Source: Lama guanicoe
Taxonomy: Eukaryota
Length of the DNA stretch: 64,000 bases
Reading direction: 5' to 3'
Assembly (NCBI GenBank): GCA_013239625.1
Contig: MU053588.1
Span: 1,141,988-1,205,987, forward strand
Positions 38,958-50,100 of the stretch are shown here, one piece after another. Under the pieces are notes generated by a model. That model saw only the letters and a list, made by a program, of their open reading frames with translations, ran no database searches and was not told the origin of the DNA. Position 1 is the stretch's first letter, and each line of letters starts with the position of its first letter. The position numbers and the translations under genes were made by a program.

Positions 38958-41302
38958 GATTTGTTGACTTCTTAGCCCTGTTGGCTCCTCGGTGGCTTCC
39001 TGCCTCTGCTCCTCGCCCACCAGTGGGGGCCTAGGAGTAGGCTTCGGATCACCCTGTGCTGGGGCCATCTCAGTTCTGGCAGGCCCCTTCCTACCCTGCC
39101 AGAAGTGGGGCTTCTGTCTCCTTTGACCCCCTCTGCCCCGCCTCAGCAACTGATCTCCACCACCACCTTCCTGACCTGTCAGATCACAAGTGGGGGGCAC
39201 GCAGCTCTGAGTCTGCACCGAGGCTGTGAATGGGCTGTGGGTGAGTCAGCACGGAGGAGGGTGTGCGTGGGGTGTAGGAGCCCAGCCCTGCGCCTGGGGC
39301 TGGCCTGGGCTCTTCCGTCCTCCTGAAAATGTAGGTAAACAGGTGCGGTCACTGGGTTCCTGGTGAGGGAGGGGCACCACCTTTGTTTGCCCTTGGGCTT
39401 CACAGATGCAGCTGCTAGTGGCCCCGGGGCAGTGGCTGGAGGGGCGAGTGGAAGAGGATTCTGGCTGCTTGCTCAATCGGCTGTGTGTCCTTGACTTCTG
39501 TTCCTCAGTTTCCTCATCTGTGAAATGGGGAGACTGATGCACCGTTGTCAGAATCGTGAGGATTCTGTGAGCTCTTGCCAGTGAAGGTCTCAGATCAGGA
39601 CCCAGCCTGTTCTTGGTGCTTAGAAAACTGGAGTGATTGTTAATTTCAGAATCAGAAGAGTTTGTCCCCAGCATTGCAAATTAGTCCTCAGCACTCTTTT
39701 GTTCGGAAAGACTTTATCAGAAGGTTGGGATTTTCAGTCAGGCCGTTGTCCCTGATTCCTGCAGTCCCAGCCTCCACTGGCCAGGAGGCCTAGCACGGGT
39801 CACCTGATCCTTAGCTTGGTTGGTTATTTGTATTTTACAAGGTATTCCAGCCATTCTGGTAGTGACCTAGGGCTCTGAGCCTGTGGTCTGCAGAAAGAGG
39901 GGGCGGGGGCAACAGTGATGGCCTTTTGGGGAAAATGGAGGAAATCAAATGCCACAACAGACGCCCGTCCCTTTGTGCAGACAGCGGCGCCACTGAGGGA
40001 GTGCCTCATTCTCAAGAGTGCGTGGACTTTGCCTGCGGAGAGGGCAATGCCTGAGCTGCCAGCCTTCCTGGACCTCCCTCTTGGCCGGCACTCACACCCA
40101 TCATTCTTCTGAGGGCGCTGATGCAGGAAGCCAGGGCAGCACAGGATACCCTTTGCCCTGGGATCCAGACCTGAGCAGGAGCCAGAAACTAGGGCATGCT
40201 GAAACCCTGGGGACAGAGGGTGCTTCTGCCGCTCAGGACTTGGGAGCCAGCTCTAAGGGGGGCAGACGGAGGGGAGACTGGAAAGCTGCTACTTACCCAC
40301 TTGGCAGATGCCCTCGTGTAGGACAACCTGTACAACAGGCCACGGCCACTCTGTAGGGGAAGAGGAAATGAACTTTTTCTCTTGGGATCCACATCTGTCC
40401 TGCTTTGCCAACCTGCTTTTGCTCCAGGAGGGTCATCCTTTGAGCAGCAAAGAGGCCTGGCTTTGCAGAAAGAGAGTTCAAACCCCAGCCTGGCAGCCTT
40501 TGGGTGCGGTAGTCAGCCTCTCCGTGCCTTAGTTTTACAGATAGGGAGATACCCACTGCAGACTACGGTAATGCACTGAAGAGTTTGGATTATAAACTTG
40601 CCTGTCATGATGGCTTGGGCCCCAGGCTGCCATTTCAGCTGCTTCCGTAGTCACCTCTAGACATCCTAGTATCTGTTCGTGTTCCCACCCCGAGAGGACA
40701 CAGCCCTCGCTCCTTTGTTCCATCTAAGTAGCGTTAATAATAGGATACAGCATGTAATAACTTCTGACTGAAGTCTCTGTGAAGGTTCCAGAAAGTGGCA
40801 GTGCAGACATGGTGAACCTAAGGCCGGGTACACTGGCCATAATTCCCCTTCACTCGGGGATCTCTGCCCCTTCTGAGCCCCTGCCTGCTGCCCCTTGACC
40901 CTCCAGAGACAGTAACTATTACAACCGCAGTGTCCATGGCAGGCTGCCAGGAAGTGGCCTCAAAGCTGGCAATTAAAGGGAGCCTTTAATTTAAACCTCA
41001 TTGGCTGGGGACATCCCCTTCATCTTTGAGCCCTTGGTCTGGGAGGTTTCTCAGTGTTGACCTGGAGGAGGCAGGGAGGGGCAGATGGCCCATTGTTCAA
41101 GTGGCCTTTCCCTGCCCAGCAGGTCCAGCACAAGAGTCCTGGGCTTGTTCTCCAGGTCAGGCAGGAAGAGGTTGCCCTGCTCCAGCCTAGCCCAGCTTTG
41201 GAAACAGCAACACTCCTGGGTCTTTGGCCAGGTCTTGGCATCCCCTGGGAAAGTGGGCTACTGCTCAGGCCTCATCTCCTTCCTAGCAGCCGTCTTGAGT
41301 CT

Positions 41303-41400
41303 GTTTGTTTGTTTGTTTGTTTAATGGAGGTACTGGAGATCGAACCAAGGACCTTGTGCATGTTAAGCATACTCTACCACTGAGCTGTTACTCACCCCCC
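41303..41400 (-). mobile_element. tRNA-derived SINE (Vic-1-like)
   Basis: (GTTT)n tail followed by ATGGAGGTACTGGAGATCGAACCAAGGACCTTGTGCATGTTAAGCATACTCTACCACTGAGCT. Confidence 0.8.
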
Positions 41401-42322
41401 CATCTTAAGTCTTGATTCTTTGCTCTTTCTCACCCCCGCATCCCACCCCCATCAAATTCCTGACACAAAGTCTTGTAGGCTCCACTTTCCCAAATCCTCC
41501 CACTGCCCCTCCACGGCACGCCCCTCCTTCACTCTTTGTCCTCTGTCTACCTTCGTCAGGACCATCGCAGTAGCCTCCTCACTGGGCTCGCTGAACTCAC
41601 CCCACCTTCTACAGGTCTGTTTCCCTCTTGCAACTAGAAGGACCCTGTGAACAGCTGAATCAGACCCCAGCCCTGCTCACCATCTTCCCTTAACGTCCTG
41701 TGGCATTTAGAATAAAATTCATTGTATGTCAATTATATCTCAATTTTTTTAAAAACCCGCAAATTCCTCACCATGGTTTTAAGTCCATTCATTCGTCTAG
41801 GGTCTATGAAGCTTTTATCTTGTGCCAGACAGTGCTTCAGAGTCTAGGGATTCAGCAGTGACCAGAACAAAGATTCCCCACTGTCAGGGGGTCGACATTC
41901 TTGGGAAGGAGACGGATAAACACAATAAACAAACCAGTCATGTGGTATATTAAATGGTGATCAGTACTCTGGAGACAATAAAGCTAGGAAGGTGGGGGAT
42001 GTTATTTTAAATAAAGTGGTCAGAGAAGTCTCACTGATGAGGTGATCTTTCCAGTGACCTGCAGGAGAGGAGGCTATGACTCTGGGGACCCAGTATCTGA
42101 GGAAAGTGCTCTGGGCAATAGTAACAGGGGGTCATCAAGTACAAGAGCCCTGAGGCGGGATCATACCTGGTGTGTTGGAGGAACAGCTAGATCAGCAGTG
42201 TGGCGGGAGCTCAGAGAGCAAGGGGCTGAGTGGGAGGTGAGCTGGGAGAGGAATAGGGACCAGGATGTGAAAGACCTTGTGGATTTAGCTGAAGCCTCAG
42301 GAGTCTCGGTTGTTTCAAAAGT

Positions 42323-42358
42323 TGGGCTGGGCTGGGCTGGGCTGGGCTGGGCTGGGCT
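42323..42358. repeat. (TGGGC)n pentanucleotide repeat, about 7 copies
   Basis: TGGGCTGGGCTGGGCTGGGCTGGGCTGGGCTGGGCT. Confidence 0.95.
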
Positions 42359-42500
42359 AGGCCTGGGCAGGGAAGACTCCTACATTTCCTCCTTTCCTTG
42401 GCTTTGACCTGTACAATAAGTGTGGTGCTAAGGGAGCGTTCTGAACAGAAGAGGGAGGGACTTGATCTGACTTAGGTTTTCATAGTTTCCCTCTGGTTTC

Positions 42501-42501
<1 letters not shown>

Positions 42502-42587
<86 letters not shown>

Positions 42588-42620
42588 NNNNNNNNNNNNN
42601 NNNNNNNNNNNNNNNNNNNN
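42502..42620. repeat. Compound (AG)n(TG)n microsatellite followed by a 33-nt assembly gap (N 42588-42620)
   Basis: Direct inspection. Confidence 0.97.
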
Positions 42621-43529
42621 GTGGAGGGGGGCTGGTGGCAGGGGGGTAGGGGGAGCAGAGAGATGGTGAGGAGGCCACTGCAGTGGTCCAAGCAAGGGTG
42701 GACAGGACCAGGGTGGGGCCATGGCAGAAGGGAGAAGTTGGTGGATTCTGTATATACTTTTAAGATGGAACTGACAATTTCCTGAAGAACTGAATGTGGG
42801 GTGTGGAGACAGTTTGAAGACAAAGATGACTACCAGTTTCATTGCCTGAACAGCTGGAAGGGTGAAGGCACCATTAATGGAGATGGGGGTGACTGTGGGG
42901 CGACTAGGTTTTGGAGGAAGATTAGGAGCTCAGCTTTGGATATTTACATCTGAGACGCCTATTTATCTGTATTTATTGGCTTATTGATTGTTTTAATCCG
43001 TATTTAATTGCTTATTTATTGTTGCCTCCCCCAAGTTAGCCACTCGAGAACTAATCACACTTGTCATGCTCAGCACCATATCACCAGTGCCTGGTACATG
43101 GTAGGTGCTCAAGAAATGTTTGTTGGATGGATGGAATGAATGATACAGACAAGTTCAAAAAATCCTCTACCTTCTTAGTCAGCCAATATCTATTCCAAAC
43201 TACAGAACTCCCATGTCCATTTCATAAATTCTTCAGGTCTTTGTTCAAATGTCCTCCTTCTCCGCAAAGCCTACTTGATTACTTTATTTACATTCCAGCT
43301 CAGGCTTGATTTATCTCCATAACGCTATCCCTTTAGAATATACTACATACTTAAAATTTTGTCTTTCTTCACTAGAAGGTAGTTCCATGAGGGCAGGGAT
43401 TTTTTTTGTATCTTGTTTAGTGCCACTGCGTAAAACATGGTTCGGCGCACAGTAGGCGCTTAATAAATCATTTGTTGAATTTCTGTTGCTGAATGGCAAT
43501 CCATTCCACTCCTGAGCAGGTTGATGAGA

Positions 43530-43795
43530 CCCGCCTTACGACTCATTCCTGCTCTGGCCCCGCCTGCAGGAGGCGGCCGCGCGCGCTCAGCGGGCAGAGG
43601 GGGCGCGGCTCGTCCACGAGCTGAAGGGCGGCGGGGGAAGCGGACTCTGCGCAGGCTCCGAGCTCCCCGAGGCGGGGTCTCAGTGCCTTTCGCGTTAGGA
43701 GGCGCGCGCGCGCGGGAGGGCGGCGGCGGCGGCGCGGTGCGCAGGCGCGGCGGGCAGTGCGCAGGCGCGGGAGGAGGGCGGGCTGGAGCAGCTGA

Positions 43796-43826
<31 letters not shown>

Positions 43827-44120
43827 GTAGCAGCAGCAGCTCAGGCAGAGGGGCGGGAGCTGAGGCGGGAGCGGACGGGCTCTGGAGAGGCGGCGGAATG
43901 GTGGACTACCACGCGGCGAACCAGTCGTACCAGTACGGCCCCAACAGCGGGAGCAATGGCGCCGGCGGCGGGGGTAGCATGGGCGACTACATGGCCCAGG
44001 AGGACGACTGGGACCGGGACCTGCTGCTGGACCCGGCCTGGGAGAAGCAGCAGCGCAAGGTGCGTGGCCCATGGGCCGGACGGGCTGGAGAGGGGCTTCC
44101 ACGGGAGGCTGGGGCCCGGG
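43530..44120 (+). promoter_or_regulatory. ACTN4: ACTN4 CpG-island promoter and 5' UTR with tandem NRF1-like sites and GC boxes
   Basis: Very high CpG density. TGCGCAGGCGCG at 43738-43749 and 43758-43769, alternating GC run at about 43702-43714, (GCG)n/(GCA)n tract at about 43797-43840. Confidence 0.85.
43898..44059 (+). CDS. ACTN4: Alpha-actinin-4, coding exon 1; the gene continues beyond the window and 44060-64000 is intron 1
   Basis: [54 protein letters not shown] followed by donor AAG|GTGCGT. I found no further actinin exon up to 64000. Confidence 0.97.
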
Positions 44121-47100
44121 AAGTGGCTTGGGAGTCCTGAGACGGAATTGGTGGGTCTGTGTTGAGAATTGGGCGTCCAGAGAAGGAATCGGCAGGTCTG
44201 AGAAGGGGTTTGGAATCCTGAAAAGGAGTTGCAGAACTTGAACAAGGAATTGGGAGTCTGAAAAAATAATTGGCGGCCGAGTCGGGACTATGGAAATCTA
44301 AAACAAGGAATCTGGGAGCCCGATGAAGGAATTGGAAGGTCTGGGCGTGGAATTGGGGGGAAACCGGCGAGATGATTGAAGACTCTAAAATGGAATTGGG
44401 TCTGAGGCGGGATGGAAGGGTCAGGATGGGTTGGGGGTGCTGAGAGAGAAACGGGAGATTCTGGAATTTGTGGGTCCGGATAGAATTAGGAACGGGGGAG
44501 TCTGAAGAGTAAGCTCGAGTATGGAGGGGGTTATTTCGGTTGCAGAATCCTCTGAAGGGGATAGGAATTGTGGCAGCCCCAAGTTGGGAATTTCTTGAGG
44601 GGATGAAGATTCTGGAAGTCTGGAGGTGGAGTAGGGGTGCTGAGGAAGGTATTGTGGAGTCTGAAGAGTAGTGGGAGGTTTAGAGAGACTGGGAAGACGA
44701 AAGGAGGAGAGGGGCTAAGGAAGGAAGTGGGCGTGAGAAGACCTGGGGCTCGGGGTGTGAGGATGGGGAGGGCTGCTAAGGAGGATTGGGACTCGGGGTC
44801 TGAAGGGAGAAGGTAGGGAACCTGTAAATAAGAAGTTTTGAAGGGGGTGAGATTTATTTGGGGGGCCCTGTTCTAAAGGGAAGAGGAGGAGATTGGGAGA
44901 GAGGTGGAAGAAAGGGAATTGATGAGGCCAAAGCTGAAGGGGGATGCAGAGAGTATTTGGACGGTTTTGAGGAGGGGTTCTGAAGAATGGATGGAACGTC
45001 GAAAAAGCTCAGCAGTGGGTTGGAGGAGCCTGAGGCAAAGGTGGCCTGGAAAAGGTGAAAACGGTGGGTGAGAATGAGTGGAATGGCGGCTAATGGGAGG
45101 GAGGTTAGTGTGGGCAAATGAAAGTCTCATTAGAAAGGGAGTGTGTGATGGATAGACTGAGAAAGGAATGTGGGGGTGGGGGGTGGGGGCCTTTGGAGGT
45201 GCAGTCCCAGGAGTGGAGAGTGTGTATGTGTCGTGAAGGGGGAATATGTTTTGGGAGGAAGCGGCGAGAGTGTCCAGAAGAATTGTGTCTTTTGGGGGTG
45301 GGGGTGTAGAGCTTTTTCTAAAGCAAGGTCTGTTCTCAGGTGGCACGTTGGGATGTGGAAGCAATTTAGGGGGGACCCACAGTGGGGAAAGGGAGATCAA
45401 AAGGAGTGGGAGGCCCAGAGAAGTCGATGTATGTGTGTACGTGTATATAATCTAAGGGGCTGAGAGCGGGGAGCTCCAAGCTGGTAGGAGAGAGGGTTTG
45501 AGTGTGTGCAGGAAGAGCTAAAGAAAGGAGGGTGTTGAGTGGGTGTGTGTGTGTTGGGAGGGGGCTGTTTACAAGTGTCGTGTGTGAAGAGGATGGGAGG
45601 TGGTTGCAGTTAGAAGCTTTTAATATGTCCTGGAGATCTGAATTTTCTCCCTAGATTTGTTAGTCACCAGCTCTGTGGCCTTGGGCCAGACCCTTGGTCT
45701 CAGTGCAATTCTGTCATCTGTGAAATGAGGAGGGGTCGAAGGGCTCCCTTCTGTGATTCTGCAAAGATGGATGTGTATGGTGTTGGGACTTCAGGATAGC
45801 TTTGGTGGGAAGCCTGGGGGCTGATCCAGCAAGGGGTTTGAGTGGTGGATGTGGCTGGAAGCCTCTTGAGGGTGTGAGTCGGTGCTGGGGTCTCCGTGCA
45901 GGCAGCCCAGTCCGGAGGGGAAAGGGTGAAAGCAGCAGCTGTTCCAGGCAGCCTGGGGTGGGGCCTGGCATAACCTTGGGTAAATTACCAACCTCTGCTA
46001 GAATTTCCTCATCAGTAGTTGGGGGGCGGGGGCGGTGGTGGGTTGGTGATGGTGCCCTTATCTGTTGCCCCACCTACCTCAGGGTGGGCAGGTTGAGATA
46101 ATCTGACATAAAAATTCTTTTTGAGGGGAGAGACCAAGTTTGCAGTCTCTACAATAATTTATTGCCAGAGGCAGTGCCGGTGGGAAAAGAGTTGCCAAGA
46201 GACTTGGAAAGCTGGGAGGGGAACAGGGGGCCGAGGGGTTGTTTTTAAGAATGTCTGGGATCTGTCTTCTCCAGCTCCAGGTGTTTGGGAAGAATGAGCC
46301 TCGGAGCCTTTTAACTCTGGTGGTGGGAGTGGGGCTCCTTCCTTTTCCCTCCCTTCCTGTCTCCTACCCCTCCCAGAGTGACTCCCTTTGCTCGCTCAAT
46401 TCCTTTCCCTCCTGGGAGTTAGGGTGTGTGCTCCTTCGTGGTTAGAGTCTCCCTTGCACAGTGGGTGAGGCCGGGGCACCCACCGCTCAGGCCTGGGCGG
46501 GAACCCGAACTCACAGGAACCCCTAGGCCTCGCTGCTGTGTGTTATCCTCCCTCCTCCCTTCCTCAAGGACCCGGCAAGTTGGAGGGAAAGGGTGGCTCA
46601 CAGCCCCTCCAGTACCGGCTGCGCTAGCATGTCCTGCTGTGTACTGCTGCGGGAATGCAGGGTACACATAGCTGTGCTTTGGGGGGAATAACACTTCACT
46701 GCTGTGCACCTTCTTATTGTGGCGTAGGGATCCTTTATGAAATGGGAGGAGTAAATGGAAAGGAATATATACACAAGTTTGTGCTGTTCTCTTCCTTCTA
46801 AGAGGAACCCCCCCACCCCCCATCCCCCCAGACAGGCTGGCTGGGGTTTTTCTGTGCTGTAGTGTCGCTTTAGTGAACAACAGATTGCCCTTCTTGCCTC
46901 TTCAGGGCTGAGACACTGGTCAGGGAGAGTGGCCATCCTGTGAGTGTCCTGTGTATACTCTCATCTAAAAATCTGCTCAGGACAGCTGTAGGCCCTTAAA
47001 GCGTGTGGCATTGAATTGTAAGAATTAAGCGTTTGGCCCAAGTCAGAGGGTATGTGTGATTCCCGGTGGTTTTCACTTCTACCTGAAGCCCTTCTCAGGT

Positions 47101-50100
47101 CACCTTCTAGGGACCCTTGTAATGTAGGCATTACCTGATAAGTAGGTTATGCAACAGTTCTGATATGGGAAGCCTCCAAGTATTCTCCTGGGGCAGGTGG
47201 GGGAAGGTCTGGTCAGGTCTTTGAGCAGATTCTTGAGCAATTATAGCTCTGGGCCATAGTTCCCTCTCCCGGTTTCTGAAAGGGGCCTGGGTAGCCTTGC
47301 CACCCCCTGCTCTCCTGAACAGGTGATGTCACTTGACAGCTGCTTCGAAACTTCTCATTACAGCAAGAGGAATTTTGCTCTTTTGCCTCCTTTGCTTAGC
47401 TTGCGTGTTCGTTGAAACGTCACTGCTTGCACGGCCTGTTTAGACCCCAACCTTTGGCTTGGGCTCTGTTAGGTTTTAGTTAATTATTTGAAAGTTCTGA
47501 TGGTGTTTTGTTTTTCTCCAAGTAGGGTTTTTTTTTCCTTTTCTTTTTTAAAGGCTGATGATAGAGGCCTCAAAGTAGCCATCTGTTATTTTGTTCCATT
47601 GCTCTAATTGCTTGCCTCTTAGGTTCTGGCAAAGACTAGCAGATCTTTAGCAGTTTTTAAAACTGAATATGTTACTTACCAGAAACAAAAAACAAAAAAA
47701 CCCAAACTCAATTGTCATCTAGAACTAAAGACTAAATATGTGAGGGGGGCTGGTGTACTATTTGCCCTCTTGGGAGAGGGGTAGGGGAAGCTACTCGGCT
47801 GCTGGTGCCCCTGTCCCCATGCCCCTGTTTTAAGAACATGTGAGAACACGGCTTTTCTGATGACTGCAGAAGAGGTGAGGTGTGGGAGAATGGCCTGGGA
47901 GTACAGTGCCCCTTGTAGCCACTTACATTCATTCAGCTGAGGGCTGAAATCTGGTCGGTGCCATGGAGTGGCACCTGCTGCTTCATCTAATCCTATGTGC
48001 TCCGGGGTGTGGGCCCAGGATTGCCCTCTGCTTTTTGAAACACTCTCCCTGAGACCAACAAGGAGGCCGCTGTGGCAGCAGGGAGCTGACTCACTCTCCA
48101 GTTGGAACTGGTGCTAAATGGTTTCATTTAATGGCAGCTGGTTGCCTGGCCCCCAGTGGGCTGCCTTGTGGGAAAAGTTTGGTGACAGTATTGGAGGAAA
48201 ACAACCTAGGAAATTAGGGTGAGATTTTAATATCCAGGTGCAGCTGGTGCTGTTAAACTCCTGAGATGAAGCCAGGGAGGTCAGTTAAAATGTAGGCTTG
48301 CACTCTCAAAATGTCCTCTTAATCAGATGTCAGGGGGAACAGGGACAAGTCTGGATTCCAGTCTCAAGCCTCTCGGTTAGGGAGTTCTGCCTTTTAAACA
48401 CGTACGCCAGTCACAGCCGACTTTGGCTAGACAGTGCTCTTTTTCAAAGTTAACTGAGTGAGTAGTACAAGTTATCTGGCAGTGCTATCTAGCAGATGAC
48501 AGCAAAGAGAATGAAGCCAAAAAGGGACAGATTTGGGAAATCTCAAGGAATTTCTGAGACTGTTGAGATGAACACTTGAGGTTTTTGCCATATTGATTTA
48601 TAGTGTGTGTACAAGCCTTTGACCAGATCTTAGGATTGTTCTTTAAAAAGAAAAGAAAAGGGAAAAAAAAAAAAGGATTCCCCTGCTCATATTTTTTTTT
48701 TGTGGGGGTAGGGGATGAAGAGGATGGAAAAGGCAAAAATGATTAACGAACAGCTGTTTGCTCTAGTATCACTTACTCATTCAAGTTTTCGAATGGCTGA
48801 ACTATCAACATGTGTATCTCTTCCCAGGCATTTAGTACATTTCTAGATCAATGGTTCCCCCAGCTTTATCCTTATTTCCTTCACTTAGTGATGTCTAAGG
48901 TCTCATCAGTCACAGTCAGTTCTCTTCCGTTGCCTTTATTTATGTATTTATTTTACAGAGTAACAAAAGCACTCACGTTACCTTGTTTAAGTCTCCCTTC
49001 TCCCCTTTTTCTTTTTTCATGGAAATAGGAGGCAAGTGATAGCAAGTTGGTAATTCAATGGCAGTGGTAACTGAAACACTGACCTACTAAAAGGTGGACG
49101 GAAGCTTCTACTTGAGCAGATACAAATCCTGTCATCCAGGGAGGTTTGAAAGAAGTCTTTATGTCACGGGTAGTTGAGAGCTCAAGATCAGTCTCCTTTC
49201 GGATGAGGCTAAACTTTGAAACATCAAAGCATTGGGCACAGTTATAAGGAAGCTTAGTTTTACAGTGTTGGCCGTCTAGACACCAGCATTTGTTATAAAG
49301 TGTCTGCAAGTGGCACAAGTAACACTGTTGCTTTTCTTCAGGAAGGTTTATGAATTACATGTTAGTCAGTAACCCAGGTATCAAGCAGTGTAAGGTTCAA
49401 TGATTCAAGAGAAACAGAATCATTTAAAATTCCAGTCTCTGTTTAAAGAGTGATCTTATTGGAAGGAAAAATTAACTGACTGGCTGGGAGGAGAAGGAGC
49501 CCGCCTCTTGCAAAAAGTGAAATCTCTACATACGTTTCACTGGCAATAAGGTCCTTACATCAGTACTTGGGAAGTTTTATCCAAGTAGCGGTCTCCCTGG
49601 GATTATAAAAATCCCTGAGACATTTGTTTTGGTGTTGTGCCTTTTTTGGTTGTGTTGTGCTTTCCTGTCCTCCCCTACTCCCCCTTTCCCTCATAAACAA
49701 CAGATGTATTAACTTGGAATGTCCATGGAAAGTCTTTAAACATGGGCAGTGTAACTTGGTTGCCTTCTCTTAAGTCTGAGTAGCAGTTACTCCAGAAGAG
49801 GCCAGTGGCCTTTTTCTTAGATGTGATTTATTGAGGTGGTATCTAAAAGGCAGTGGATTGAGCTTTCTTGGGATTTGCTATCTGCCACCTGTTTCTGTGC
49901 TGGCTTCCGCCTTCCTGGGATGGGATGAGCCCTATCTCCCCAAAAAGTGAGGGACCATCCTGTGTTTCCAGATGGGACAGTGGTTCCCCAGCCAGAGCAG
50001 GCACCCCCCACCCCAGCCCGTGCTTGTCTCCATGCTTCCTAAACTTCAGTCATTTGTGATTTTTCCTTGCCTACTTTTGCTTTTCTATACTTAATAATAT

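Larger units (their letters stand above)
41785..42960 (-). mobile_element. L2 fragments between EIF3K and ACTN4, interrupted by microsatellites and an assembly gap
   Basis: CATTCATTC...TGTGCCAGACAGTGC; GGAGGCCACTGCAGTGGTCCAAGC; GGATTCTGTATATACTTTTAAGATGGAACTGAC. Confidence 0.6.

Noticed and set aside
42588..42620. Run of N
   Set aside because: Assembly gap beside a microsatellite, not biology. It does show that the assembly is draft quality, which bears on the exon 18 finding.
43521..44165. 214-aa Ala/Arg/Gly-rich ORF overlapping the ACTN4 promoter
   Set aside because: Expected from stop-poor GC-rich CpG-island sequence. The poly-Ala is the GCG repeat, and the real ACTN4 frame starts at 43898.
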